DNA from: Scenedesmus sp. PABB004
Taxonomy: Eukaryota
Assembly: GCA_014905635.1 (NCBI GenBank)
Contig: JABVCE010000008.1
Location: 186,001 to 250,000, forward strand
DNA length: 64,000 nucleotides
Direction: 5' to 3'
Positions within the stretch are counted from its first letter, which is position 1. Every line of letters begins with the position of its first letter. Positions 1-12,799 of the stretch are shown in pieces. The notes beneath the pieces are model-generated. The model was given only the letters and a program-made list of their open reading frames with translations. It had not been told where the DNA came from and ran no database searches. A program made the translations under genes and the position numbers.

Positions 1-177
1 GGTGGCGTCGGCGTGGAGGCTGCGGACGAGATGTGCGGCGGCCTGGGGCGCGGGGCGCGCTAGCCGGCCGGCGGCGTGCGAACGGCGGGCGTCGTCGTCG
101 CTGCCGTTCAAGCCAGACAAATCAAGAAGGGCCGCCGCCGCGAGCGCAGTTAGTCTTCCCGCAGAGACGGAGCGGCC

Positions 178-3100
178 ATGGACGGCGCGGCGGCGGCGGC
201 GGCGGCCGCGGCCGCGGCGGCAGCGCTGCTGCCGGACGGCGTGTCGCTGCCCGGCCCGGAGCTGCCGCTGTGGGAGCCGCCCTCGCCCGGTGCGTGCGGG
301 CCCGGGGGATGCCGGTGCCGCAGCGGCCTGCCCGATCGGCGGCGCCAACCGACGCGCTGCGCCGGCGCGCCGCTGCTGTCGCCGCAGGCCCGCTGCTGCG
401 GCCGCAGCGATGCCCCTACGACGCCTGCTTCCTGGCGGGGCGCGCCATCGTCATAGACAACGGCTCCCACACCCTGCGCGCGGGGTGCGCGCGGGGGGGG
501 GGGGGGGGCTGCAGCGGGAGCGCGGCGCGGCAGCGCCGACGCGAGACGCCGCGGCCCACCGCCCGCCGCGCCGCCGCCGCGCCGCCGCCGCAGGTGGGCG
601 GGCGCGGACACGCCGTCGGTGGTCTTCCGGTCGCTGATCTGCAAGCCGCGGCCGCGCCAGGGCCCCGCGGCACGCGCGGTCGTGGGGCAGTGGGGCCCCG
701 GGCTCAGCGGCTGGGACTTTGGCCGCCACACGCACAGGCGCGCGCGCACACGCACAGCGCCAGGGCCTGCCCCGCCCTGCCACTGCCGCCGGCGGGCGCC
801 CGGCGACCAGGTTGCCCTGCACCGCCCGGCCCCGCCCCGCCCCGCGCCGGGTTGCCAGGTCCTGCTTTGACGGCGACGTGCCGATCAACCTGGAGGCCCA
901 GGAGGCGCTGCTGGACTGGGCGCTGGACCGGCTGGGCGTGGAGGGCGGTGAGCGTGCGGCCCCGGGCCGAGGCCAGACGAGGCCAGACGGGGGGGCGCGG
1001 GCGCGGGCGCCGCCGGCGCGCCGAGCGCGCACCGCCCGCCGCGCCGCCCGCAGAGCGCTGCGTGCCGCACCCGCTCCTGCTCACCGAGGCGCCGCTGGCG
1101 CCGGCGGGCGCGCGCGCGCAGCTGGCGCAGCTCGTATTCGAGGCGTACGGCGTGCCCAGCCTCGCATTTGTGGCGGCCGCGCCAGCGGCCTTTTTCCACC
1201 ACTACCACGCCGCACGCCACCACCACGGCGGCAGCGGCGGCGCCGGCAGCAGCGGCGGCGGCGGCGGCGGCGGCGGCGGTGGCGCGCCGCCGCGCGTGGC
1301 GCAGCAGCTCGCGGGCATCGTCGGCGCGGCCGGCGCGCCGGCGGCGCGCGGGCTCGCGCTGGACGGCGCGGCGCTCAACAACGGCGTGCTCGGCGGCGGC
1401 GGGGGGTTTTGCGGCGCGAGCAGCGCGCTCGTGGTGTGCAGCGGCCACGCGTTCACGTACGTCGTCCCGGTGTTCAAGGTGCGGCGGCGGCGCGGGCCGC
1501 CGCGCAGCGCCGGAGGCTCGCGCGAGCCCGCGGAGCGGGGCCGCGCGGCGCCCCGCGCGCGGCGGCGCGGCACGGGCGCGCCGACCGCCCGGACCTGTGC
1601 GTTCGCGCGCGCGCCCGCGCAGGGCCAGCCACAGTGGGGCGCCGCGGTGCGCTGCTGGGCGGCGGGCGGCTCGGCGACGGCGCACCTGCAGTCGGTGCTG
1701 AGCGTGCGGCACCCCTCGCACGCGAGCGGCGCGCTCGCCAGCTGGCAGCTGGTGGAGGGCGTGAAGGAGGGGCTCTGCTGCGCGGCGGCTGACTACGGCG
1801 CGTCGCTCAAGGCGGCGGCGGCCGACCCCGACACCGCGGGTGCGCGGCCACGCCGCTGGGCGCGCGGGCGCCGGCGGCGGAGGCGCCGCGGTGGCTGCGC
1901 GCGCGCCCACGCCGCTGCGTGCGCTGCGCCCGCGCACAGGCGGGCTAGCGGTGCGCGTGCAGCTGCCGTTCCGGCAGGAGGCGCAGCAGGCGCAGGCTGA
2001 CGGCGACGGCGAGCAGCCGGCCGGCCGGCGAAACCGGTGCGCTGCCGCGGCGGCACGCAGGCAGCGACGCGGCGGCGGGCGCGCCCCCGCGGCGCTGGGG
2101 GCTCGCCCCACCCCCGCACGCGCCGCGTGCGCGCAGGCCGGGGCCCAAGCAGCGCGCGCTGCTCGCCGCGGAGCGGAAGCGGGTCAAGGCCCTGGAGGAG
2201 AAGGAGCAGCAGCTGGCGGTGCTGCTGGAGATCCAGGCCGGGGTGAGCCGGCGGCCGGCGCGCGCCGCCGGGGCTCGGCGCTGCCGCGGCTGAGCGCGCG
2301 TGGCCGGCGGCGCGGACGGCGCGCGCGGACGATGCGCGCGCGCGGTCGCATGCGCACACTCGCCGCCGCCGCCGCCGCCGCCAGGCGGCCGACCCGCACA
2401 GCGCTGCGGCCGCTGCCGGTGGCGTCGACGCAGAGGACCTGGCGCGGCAGATCGCGGCGCTGCAGGAGGCGGTGGAGCGGTGAGCGGGGGCGGCCGCCGG
2501 CGCCGGGCCGCCTGTGGGGCCGGCGGCACGCGCGCTGACCGCGCACGCCTGCCCGCCCGCCTCGCAGGCTGCAGCGCCAGGCGTCGCGCGCCGCGAGCGC
2601 GCAGCCCGGCGAGGCGGGCACGCCCGCCGCGGACACCCCGGCCGCGGACACCCCGGCCGTGTGGACGCCGGCGGCGGACATGTCGGCGGAGCCGGAGCTG
2701 GAGCCGGAGCCCAGCGCAGGGCAGCCGCAGCAGGGAGCGCAGCCGATGCAGGTTGACGGCAGCGAGGCAGCTGGCGGTGGCGGGGGCGCGCCGGCGCCGC
2801 CGGCGACGCGCCCCGGCGGCGCCGGCAGCGAGGCGGACGACGGCGCGGCCCAGGGCGACGAGCCGACGGAGACCGAAACTGAGCCGGAGGGACCTGCGGC
2901 GCCGGCGCCGGGCCCGCCGGCGACCGCGGCGGCAGCGGACGCCCCTGCGACGGCGCGCGGCAGCGAGGCCGCGCCGTCCCGCGCCGCGAGCGGCGCCGGC
3001 GACGACGACGCGCACAGCAGCAGCACGGTGACGGACGAGGGCATGTGCGCGCAGGAGGAGCTGATGCAGGAGGTGCTGCAGCGGGTTAAGGCCATAACCT

Positions 3101-5668
3101 CCAAGCGCCGCGCGGGCGCCAAGCAGCAGCCCGAGCAGGACGGCGGCGCGGCGCAGGCAGACCGCGCCGCGGCGGCGGCGGCGCCGGTGGGGGCGGCCCA
3201 GCAGCAGCAGCAGCAGCAGCAGCCTGAGGACATCAACTATTTGGGCATCCCTGACGCCATGCTCACCGGTGCGCCGGGCGCTGGCGCGGCGGGCCGCCTG
3301 CGGCGGGCGCGCGCAGCAGCACCGGCGCCGCGCGGCCCCACGCTGCCCGCGGCGCCGCGCTGACGGGCACGCCGCGCCCCGCGCCCGCAGCGGAGCAGAT
3401 CAAGCTGAAGCGCCGCCAGCAGCTGCTGCACGCGGGCCGCATCGGCCGCGAGCGCGCGGCGGCGCGGCGCGCGCAGCAGGCCGCGGAGCGCGCGGCGCTG
3501 CAGCGCGCCGAGGACGAGCAGCTGGCGGCAAATCCCTTCGCCTACCTGGCCAGCCTGCAGGTGCGCGCCGTGCTGTGTGCGCCTTGTTGCCAGCTGCGCG
3601 GCGCGCCGCCCGGCCGCCAGCGCCCGGCCCGGCTGACACTGCGCGGCCGCGCCGCCGCCGCCGCCCCCGCCGCCGCCGCCGCCCGCCCGCCCGCCAGACG
3701 CGCGTGGCGAGCGCGAGCGCGCGTGTGGAGTCGCGCAAGCGCCGCCGCCTCGGCAGCAGCCTGGCGGGCCCCGGCGAGGGCGAGGGCGAGGGCGTGGAGA
3801 CGCTCAACACGGGGCGCCGCCGCGACGAGCGCCACAGGTGCGCCCGCGCCCGCGCGCGAGCGCGCGTGCTGGCGCCACACACACACACAGCGCCGCCGTC
3901 CGGCCGCGGCGCGTGCGGCGCTCGCGGCGGCGCCGCCCACGCGCGCCCGTGCGCGCCGCGCCGCGCCGCAGGGAGCGCATGCGCCTGATCGCCCAGGCCG
4001 CGGGGTCGTCACACTACTACGATGAGGAGGGGGGCAGCAAGGGCGGCCGCGGCGCCGGCGGGCGCGGCTCGCGCGGCGGGCGCGGCGGGCGCGGGCGCGG
4101 CCGCGGCGGCGACAAGGGCGGCGGCCCGCGCAAGCTCAAGGCGCGGCACCGCGACCGCCGCGACCGCCTCGCCGCGCTGGGCGGGGAGGACGACAGCGAC
4201 GAGGGCTTTGGCGACGACGGCGCGGCGTGGGAGGTGTATCGATACATCGACAAGCGCGACAGCGACTCGGGTGCGCACCGCTGCCGCGCTGCTCGGCGCA
4301 CAGCGCGGCGCGGCGCAGCGGAAGGGCAAGGGGGGGGGGGCGGGGGGCAGCCGCGCGCGCGCGGTTACACCGGCGCCGCGCGCGCGCAGGCGCAGAGGCG
4401 GCCGAGGCGGAGGAGCTGGCGTGGACGACGCAGCGCCTGCAGCAGATCCGCGCCGCGGTCGCGGCGGCGGCGCAGGAGGCGGCGGCGAGCGCGGCGGCCG
4501 CGGCCGGGGCGGCGCGGCAGCGGCAGCCGGCGACGGCGGCGTGGCCGCGCCGGGCGCAGGCGCCGCGGGGCAAGCAGCGGCAGCGCCGCGCGCGCCACCG
4601 GCGGGGGCGCCCAACGCGGCCAACAATGCCGCCGCTGGCGAGGCAGGCGCCGCAGGCGGGGCGGGCGCCGGGGGCGAGGCGGGCGCCGCCGCACCCAGCC
4701 TGCTGGACGCGGCGGCCGCGGCCATCGCGGGGCAGCTCTGCACGCTGGCGTACGCGGCGGGCGGCGGCGCCGCGGTCGTGGCGCTCGCGGGCGACGCCGC
4801 CGCCGGCGCCGCCGGCGCCGCCGGCGCCGCCGGCGCGCCCGCCCCCGCCGCGGCCGCCGCCCCGGCCGCGGCGCCCGCCGCGGCCGCCGCGCTCGACCTG
4901 GGCGCGCTGGGCCTCGCGGGGCTGGGCTTTGAGCAGCTGGGGCTGGGCGGCGCGGGCGGCGCCGCCGCCGCGCCGGGCGCGCCAGGCGCGCCCGACCGCC
5001 CGCTGAGCGCCGAGGACTTTCGGGTCGTCCTGGGCGTGGAGCGGCTGCGCCCGGCGGAGCTGCTCATGCAGCCCGCCGCGCTCGCGGGCGTGGACCAGGC
5101 GGGCCTGCCCGAGGCCGTCGGCATCGCGCTGCGCCGGCTGCCGCCGCATGTCGCCGACGCCGTCGCGGCGGGCGGCGTGGTCGTGACCGGCGGGAACGCA
5201 CTCTTCCCAGGTGCGCGCCCGCCCCCGCCCGCCCCCGCACGCGCGCGCGCGCGGCCCCCGGCCCGGCGTGCGCGCTGGCCGCCGCTGACGGCCGCCCCCC
5301 GGCGCCCCGCAGGGCTGCTGCCGCGGCTGGAGGCGGAGCTGGCGGCGCTGCGGCCGCCCGGGCGGCCGATGCGGCTGTGGGTGTCGCCCGAGCCGCTGCT
5401 GGACACCTGGCGCGGCGCGGCGGCGCTCGCGGCGGCGACGGGGTGCGACCCCGTCGCGCTCGCGGCGCGCGGCGGCGGCGGCGGCGCGTGGCCGGGCGGC
5501 GGGCTGGGCTGGTGCGGCGCGTGCGGCGGCGGCGCCGCGCTGTTTGGCGACCCCTTTGCCGAGGCGGCGGGCGGCTGCGCGATGACCCGCGCCGCCTACG
5601 AGGAGGCGGGCCTGGATTACCTGCGGGAGCACGCGGCGCGCGGGTTCGCTTGGCCCCACCTCACGTGA
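178..5668 (+). CDS. ARP5: Actin-related protein 5 (INO80 complex subunit), multi-exon
   Basis: Spliced exons give the actin-fold motifs AIVIDNGSHTLRAG|WAG, HPLLLTEAPL, QLVFEAYGVPSLAF, LVVCSGHAFTYVVPVF, ERLRPAELLMQP, VVVTGGNALFPG and LLDTWRGAA. A central charged coiled-coil insert (EQIKLKRRQQLL, ERMRLIAQAA, DEGFGDD..WEVYRYI) is typical of ARP5. ATG 178, TGA 5666-5668. One apparent frameshift near 4510. Confidence 0.88.
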
Positions 5669-5947
5669 GCGGTGTTTCTGCGCCGCTTGCGCCCTGGTCG
5701 GCGAACCGCGGCCCCTGCTCAACCCGCCCTCCCGCCCTCCGGCCCTCCTGGCAGCGCTAATTGCGTTCGCTCGCACGTCTCCGCACGCGCGGAGGCCCGG
5801 GCGCCGCGCGGCGCGCCGCGGCAGCGGCAGCGACGGCAGCAGCGCACGGCGCACCGCCGCAGCGATGGAGGAGCGCGCGGCGGGCCAGCCCCGCGCGACG
5901 GGATTGCAGTGACCGTGCTCCGCGACCAGGCTGGCCACGGGTGTGAG

Positions 5948-8755
5948 ATGCAGCAGCCCCTGGGCTATTTCGGGAGCATCACCGCAGTCACCGCCGTCGC
6001 CACGGCGCCGTCGGGCCGCGAGCTGCTCCTGGCGGGTGCGCGTCCGACGCGCCGACGCGCCTGGCCTCTCTTGTGCTGGCCAGGCTGTGCCAGCGCGCAG
6101 CTGCGCGGTGCGGCTGTGCCAGGCGGGCAGCAGCAGCGACGCACGCCGCTGTGCCGGCCCCGTGCTCGCAGGCTGCGGCGGCTGGCTGACCGTCACGGAT
6201 GTGGCGAGCCGGAAGCTGCTGGGCCGGCTGCGCCCCCTCGATGACGGCGCGCGGCTGCACGGCCTGGCCGCGTGGGCCAGCCCCGGCGTCGCCGACGGCT
6301 GCGCGGCCGGCGGCGAGCTCCTGGTCGTCGCCGCGTGGGGCGGCGGTGAGCTCAAGCTGCTCTGGCTGGCCGTGGGGAGCAGCAGCGTGGCGGTGCGCGC
6401 GGCGGCGGGGGCAGCGCTGCCCGCGGCGAGCTGGGTGCTGGACGCGCTGGTGCTGCCGCTGGGCGGCGGCGGCGAGCAGCCGCTGCCGGGCGGGCTTCCG
6501 GGCGTGACGCTGCTGGCGCTGCTGATGAGCAACCGCCTCTACGCCTGGGAAGCCCAGCCGCAGCCACGCGGCGGGCCGGGCGGCGCGGTGGCCGCGGCGG
6601 CGGCGCCGCGGCTGACGCGCACGCTGCGCGCCGCGTGCGCCAGCCGCGCGAGCCTCTACTCCGGCGCGCTGCTCGTGACGCCGGCGGCAAAAGCAGCCGG
6701 CGGCGCGGCGACGGTGTGGGTCGCCGCGGGCACGGCGTTTGGGCTCGTTCTGGTGTGGCGCGCCGCGCTCGGCGCTGGCTGCCCCGGCGACGGCTGTGAC
6801 TGCGCGGCTGAGCCGGACCCGGCGCCGGTGCTGTACAAGCTCAGCGGGCATGAGGGATCCATCCACCGCGTGCGCTGGGCGCCGCCCGAGGCGGCTGCAG
6901 ACGGTGCCGGCGGTGCGGAGGCCTTGCTCGGGAGCTGCTCCGACGACCGCACGGCGCGCCTGTGGGTGGTGCCGCTGGGGGAGCCGCCGAGCGTGGCGGG
7001 CGGCGGCGGCAGCGCAGCGCCGGGGCGCTCCGGCCTGCGCTTTGGCGGCGACGGCAGCGGCGCGCCGGACGCCGCCGTGCTGGTGCCGCTCGCGACGCTG
7101 GCGGGCCACGCCGCGCGCGTGTGGGACGTGGCGCTGCTGCCGGCGGTCTCGGCAGCTGCGGGGCGCATGCTGGCGGCGACCGCGGCCGAGGACGGCAGCG
7201 CGCGGCTGTGGGACGCGGCGGCGGGGCAGCAGCTGGCTGCGCTTCAGGTGGGCCGGAGCCTGGGCGTGCGGCGCGCTCGGTCGGGGGGCGTCCGCTGCCG
7301 ACTGCGCCCGCCACTGCGCCGCTGGGCGCAGGGCCACGCTGGTCGCGGCGTTTGGCGCTGCTGCTTCACGCCGGCCAGCCACTGCCTCGTCACAGCGGGC
7401 GCGGACGCGGCGCTGAAGCTGTGGCCCCTGCGGCAGTGGCTGGAGGCGCGGCAGCCGGAGCAGCAGCATCAGGGGAAGGCGCAGCCGGCGCCGCTGCCGG
7501 GCAGGCTGGCCCAGCCGGCGCAGCTGGCGCCGGCGGTGCGGCAGCTGCGCCTCGACGTGCCCTGGCACGGCGCCGGGCCGCACGCCGACAGCAGGAGCGA
7601 GGGCGTGCGCGCGCTCGCGCTGCCGCACCCCCGCTGGCTGCTCGTCGCGTCCAACCGCGGCGCGCTGCACGCGGTCGCGCTGGGCGCGCGCGGCGGCGCC
7701 GGGGCATGGCACCAGCTGCACGCCTGTGCGTGCGGCGGACCCTACATGACCATGGCCCTGCTGCCCACCCCTGACCGCGGCGGCGGCGGCGGCGGCGGCG
7801 GCTGCGATGTTGGCGGCGGCGGGGGCTGGGCGCGCGTGGCGCTCGGCCACCTGCGCGGCCTGGTGGAGGTCGTGGACGTTGCCCTGCCGGGCGGCGCGGT
7901 GCCGTCGGCCGCGGTGCTGGCGTCCTGGCAGGCGCACGAGCCGGGCGCGCCGGTGTGCGGCGTGTTTGCAGCCGGCGCGGCGGGCGGCGAGGGGCTGCTC
8001 ATCACGGCGGCGGCGGGCGGCGCCGGCGGCGCCCCGGGCCGCCCCGTGGCGCGGCTGTGGCGCCTGCCGCCGCGGGCGGCGGCTGCTGAGCCGCCGGCGC
8101 TGCTGGGCGAGGCGGCGCTGCCGAGCAAGGCCCGCGTGACCGCCGCCGGCGTCGTGGCGCCGGCGGGCGGCGAGGGCGAGGCGGTGCTGGTGCTGGGCAC
8201 CGAGCAGGGCAGCGTGCTGGTGTTTGCGCTACCCAGCGACTGCTGGGCGGCGCGCGGCGCCGGACGCGACGGCGGCGCGCAGCAGCTGCAGGAGCCGGCG
8301 CAGCTGCAGCTACTGCAGCGATTTGCGGGCGCGCACGGCACCAGCCACGTGAGCCTGATACAGCAGACGCAGACCCACGACGACGCCGCGGCGGCGGCCA
8401 GCTTCGTCAGCGCCGGCAGGGACGGCTGCCTGGCGAGCTACACGCTGCACGCAGCGCCGGCGGGGCGCAGCGCCGCGTGCGGCGGCGAGCAGCAGCCGCG
8501 ACCGCGCGTGGCGCTTGCAGTGACGCAGAAGCTCCGCGGTGTCGGCACGCTGCTGCACCGGGTGCGCCTTGGCGGCCCGGAGGGCGGCGCGGTGCTGCTG
8601 GGGTTTAGGGCGACGCACTGCGTCGCGTGGGACGAGGCCTCGTCCGCAGCGCTGTGGCAGCTCGAGTGCGGCGGCATGCGCCGACCGCACGCTTTTTGGT
8701 TTCGGGGCGGCGCCGAGCAGGAGCAGCAGCAGCAGGGGCAGCAGCAGCAGCAGGA

Positions 8756-8786
<31 letters not shown>

Positions 8787-10430
8787 GTGTGGCAGCAGCA
8801 GCAGCAGGGGCAGCAGCAGCAGCAGCAGGAGCAGCAGGAGCAGCTGGAGCAGGAGCAGCCGGGGCACGAGCAGCAGCACGAGGAGCGGCAGCAGCAGCAG
8901 GCGCCAGGCGAGCCGCTGCTGGCGTTTGCCTGGGCCGCTGCTGACGATGCACTGCACGTCGCCAGCCTCGGCCTGGAGCCGGCGGTGGCAGCGCTGGCGG
9001 CGGCGGCCGAGCCGCCGCGCGTCCCCGCCAGCTTGCCAGCCAGCAGTGGCCACCCTGCAGGCGGCCACCACGGCAAGGAGGTGCTGGCTGTCGTCCTGCT
9101 GCCAGGCCCGCACGGCGCCGGCGCCGGGCCGCTGGCGGTGCTGACAGCCTCGGAGGATGCCACGGTGCGCGCGGTGGTGCTGCACCGCCTGGCACCGCCC
9201 GCAGCAGGCGCGGGTGCGGGCGGCCCCACCTGCGACGCAGGCCTGGACGCGGAGGTTTGCCTGCTGGGCGCCCACGCCGCTGGCGGCGCCGCGCGGTGCC
9301 TGGACGCCGCGCGCTTGCCAGGCATCGAGCAGGCCTGGCTGGTGGTCGCCGGCTGCGCCAAGCAGGTGCTCCTCACGTGGCGCGTGTGGTGGCAGCGCCA
9401 GGAGGGCGCCGCGAGCAGAGGCCCCGCGCTGCGGCGGCGCTGGGCGCTGCGCTGGGAGGCGCTGTGCACGATGGAGCCGCCGCGCGGGCTGCGCCCGCTG
9501 TCGCGCGCGCGCGGAGCCGCCGCCGCCGCCGCCGCCGCCGCTGCCGCGGCCACTGCCAGTGGCGAGGCTCGCTTCATGGCGGTCGCGCTGCTCGACGTGC
9601 GCCCGGCGCGTGATGAGGGCGGTGGCAGTGGCTGCCCCTCTTCTGCCACTGGCTTCACCGCGCTCGCGGCGGCCGCGCTCTCGGACGGCTCACTGCAGCT
9701 GCTCACGCTGGCGCAGCCCGGCGGCGCGTGGCGGCGCGCGGCGGTGCTGTGCCACGGCGGCGGCGGCGAGGAGTTTGCTCACCCGGTGCTCTCGCTGGCA
9801 GCGCTGCGCCTGGGCGGGCACAGCGCGTGGCTGCTCGCCGCGGGCTGCACCGACGGCGGTGTGCTGCTGTACGGGCTGGGCGGCGCCGAGCTGCCGCCGC
9901 GCGACGGCGAGCCGCCGCGGCTCGCGCCGGCGCTGACGCTGCCTGGCACGCACCAGTCGGGCGTGACGGCGCTGGTGCTGGCGCCGGCGCCGGGCCCGGC
10001 CACCGCCGCCGGGTCGGCCGAGGCGTGCGGGCTGCTGCTGCTGACCGCCGGTGACGACCAGGCGCTGACGGCGACGCCGCTCGCCGCGGCGACGGCGCCG
10101 TGCGGCGCGCTGCGCGTGCTGCCCGCCGGCGCGCCGGCGCGGGCGCGCAACGCGCACGCGTCGGCCGTGCGCGGCATGGCCTACTGCCCCGAGCGCGCCC
10201 GCGCCGTCAGCGTGGGGCTGGACGAGTGCCTGCGCGGCTGGGCCGTGGCCGCGCCTGCGGGCGGCGGCCTCGAGCTGCGCGCCCTGGACGCGTGCCGCCT
10301 CGAGGTCCCGGAGCCCGCGGCGCTGGCGGTCGGCGGGGGCGTGCTGGCGGTGGCGGGGCGTGGCCTGCAGCTGCTGGCGGAGCTGTGTGAGGAGGGCGAG
10401 GACGAGGAGGCGGCGACGGCGGGCCGGTAA
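5948..10430 (+). CDS. WDR6: WD40-repeat protein, WDR6/Trm734-like (partner of the Trm7 tRNA 2'-O-methyltransferase)
   Basis: N-terminal YFGSITAV..LLLAG|CGG, then LSGHEGSIHRVRW, SCSDDRTARLW, GHAARVWDV, AEDGSARLW, GHAGRGVW, TAGADAALKLW, ECGGMRRPH, HGKEV, HQSGV, TAGDDQAL and AHASAV, in the order seen in WDR6. Introns at about 6036-6170 and 7248-7331. The start could instead be ATG 5865. Confidence 0.85.
8716..8900 (+). repeat. (CAG)n/(GAG) coding repeat, poly-Q/E insert in the WDR6-like protein
   Basis: Imperfect CAG trinucleotide tract read directly; translates as EQEQQQQGQQQQQEEQQQ... Confidence 0.9.
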
Positions 10431-10591
10431 ACGCCGACGCGTGCCGCTGCGGCGCGGGTGTCTTTGTGGGGGTTGCCTCTCTCTCTGCTGCTGCGCGCCG
10501 CGACCAAAAACGTGTGCCCGCCCTCGGCAAAAGTGTGGGCCGCCCGCGCCCGCGCGCCTGGTCCCGAGGCGCGCCGCGCGCCGGCGCCCCC

Positions 10592-10637
10592 TCCTGCGCC
10601 CTCCCTCCATTCCTGCGCCCTCCCTCCATTCCTGCGC
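10592..10637 (+). repeat. 19-bp tandem repeat (TCCTGCGCCCTCCCTCCAT, about 2.4 copies)
   Basis: Seen directly in the region downstream of the WDR6 stop codon. Confidence 0.75.
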
Positions 10638-11069
10638 AGCGCGGCGCGCGGCCGCGCGCCCGAGGCGCCATGCTGTAGCACGCACGCCCGCGGCGGTGGC
10701 CGCCGCCGGCCCAAACCCAAGCACAAAACCCTGGACCGCCTCCCTTCCCCCGCCAGTCTACTCAACGCGCCCCGCTCGCCTGAGTCCCTGCCTCCCCCTT
10801 GCGGGCAATGTGAGAGCCAGTGCGCGGCCGACAGCACGCGTTGGGTGCTGGCAGTGCTCAGCCGCCGGGCAGTGCGCGCCGCCGGTGGCAGGGCGGGCTC
10901 CTTTCATTGCCGCGCGGGCGCCGAGTGGTGCCATGCCCGACTCTGCCGATGGTGCACGTCCGCTGTGTGCCCAGAGCCGCCGCGGCCGCCGCACGCCGCG
11001 GCCGCCCTAGCGAGCGCCCTCCGCCCGCCTAGCCCCCCCCCCCAATCTGCGTCGTCAGTGGCGCGCAGC

Positions 11070-12799
11070 TCACGCGCTCACGGTGGCGGTGTTGCGCAGT
11101 CTGCTGCCGGGCAGGCCACCCGTCTCCGCGTCCACGGCTGCGATGGCTGCCGCCGCCACGTCGGCCGGCCACTCGGTCGACACCGAGCGCCGGTCGGTCC
11201 TGCGCGGCGCGGGCGCGGCGGCGCGCGCGCTCGCATGCGGCCGCACGCCCGGCCGCCCCCGCGCCGCGCCGCGCCACGCCGCGCGCGAGCGCGCGCCGCC
11301 GCCCGCCCGCGCGCCGCGCGCGCGCGCCCGCCGCCCGCCCTGCTTAACCCTCTGCCGCACCTGAACGTCATCTCGATGCTGAACCCCGGCTCGCCCGGGG
11401 CGTGGGCGGCCTTCATGACGATGTGGCTCGTCTCCCACTGCGCGGCGACGCGGCGGGGCGCGGGCACGCGCGGCGCGGGAGGTGGGCGCGGCGCGGGAGG
11501 TGTGCGCGAGCAGGCGACCGTGCGCGGCGCGGAGCGGCAGGCGCGGCGGGCGGCGGCGCGCGCGCGCCTTGACGCGCGACGCAGGGCGGTCGGCCGTCGC
11601 GCCGTGCCACTGGCCCTGCGCCGCGAGGTTGGCCACCATGAGCCGCAGCTGACTCAGCATGCCCACAAAGTCACAGAGCTCGCCCGGCTTGAGCGGCACG
11701 CTCCAGCAGGGCCCCGACACCTGCGCCGTGTACGGCGAGCCGCCGTCCTCGTCGTCGCTGTCGGGCCTGCGCGGGGCGCGCGTCGGCGCGCGTCGGCGCG
11801 CGTCGGCGCGGGCGCGGACGCAGGGCGGCGCCGCCGCGGGCCTCCCGGGCGCGCGCGCCGCTGCCGCCGCCGGCCCCCTCCCTCCCTGCATCTCCGCCCC
11901 CCGGCGCTCCGCGCGCTCACTCTGCAAGCATGCCGATGCTCCAGTTGGGCCCCTGGAGCAGCCGGCTGACGGGCGGCGGCCCCGCCGACGCGTCGCTGTC
12001 GTCCGGCAGCACCAGCACGCAGCCGCTCTCGTCGCACACGTAGCCCAGGCCCTCCAGCTCATCGATGCTGGCCTGCGCGGCACGGCGGGCCGGCGCGGGC
12101 GCGCGCTCGGCGGCGGCGCCCGGGCGCCCCCGCGGCGCGCGCGCGCCGCCGAGCACGCCCGGCGCCGCCGCGGCCCGCGCGCGCCGCGCGCGGCCGCGGG
12201 GCCGCCGCCGCGCCCGGCTGTCGCGCGCACCTGCAGCAGCGACGGCGGCGTCTGGCCGGACGTGAGGTTGTCCAGCAGGGCGTTGGCGGCGGCGAGCACG
12301 TCGTCCACGCTCTTGGCGCCCTCCTGCGAGAGCAGTGCGCGGCATCGCGGCGTCGCGCCGTCAGCGGCGCAGCAGCGAGCGGGGTGCCGCCCGCCAGGCG
12401 CAGCGCGGCCGCGCGTCCCGCGCGCGGCGCCGCCGCGCGCAGCGGCAGCGGCAGCGGCGCCCCGCTGCCGCCGCGCGCGGCGCCGCCGCCGGGCCGCCCG
12501 CGGCGCTGCGCGGGCGCGCGACACGGGGACCCCTGAGCCGGCGCCCCGGGGCCGGGGCGGCCCCCCGAATGGCGCCCCCCAGGCGCGGTGCGGGCGCGCA
12601 TCGCCGTGCTGCTGCTGCCGCGCCCGCGCCCGCGGCGCGCGTCCCGGACGCGCATTGGACTCCGCCGCACCTTGCTGTCGGCCGCGGCCACGCGGCGGCC
12701 GCTGGGGCCCGCGCGGCGCGGCGCTGCACAGCTGCGAAGCCCGGGCGCCGGGCGCGCGCAGGCCGCGCTCGAGGGCGCGAGCCGCTGCATCGTCGCCAC
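11070..12799 (-). CDS. DUF1818-like protein (cyanobacterial-type family) with putative plastid transit peptide
   Basis: Spliced: MATMQRLAPSSAACARP.. |EGAKSVDDVL.. |ASIDELEGLGYVCDESGCVL..RLLQGPNWSIG |..PYTAQVSGPCWSVPLKPGELCDFVGMLSQLRLMV |WETSHIVMKA..FSIEMTFR |TDRRSVSTEWPADVA. This resembles the DUF1818 pattern as I recall it (EG.GWRLG..VG...WA.EL...E..DF..LL.QL..R..EG.W). Confidence 0.6.

Noticed and set aside
5865..5912. 15-codon upstream ORF (MEERAAGQPRATGLQ*) before WDR6
   Set aside because: It could equally be the true WDR6 start broken by an indel. There is no evidence of a regulatory role.
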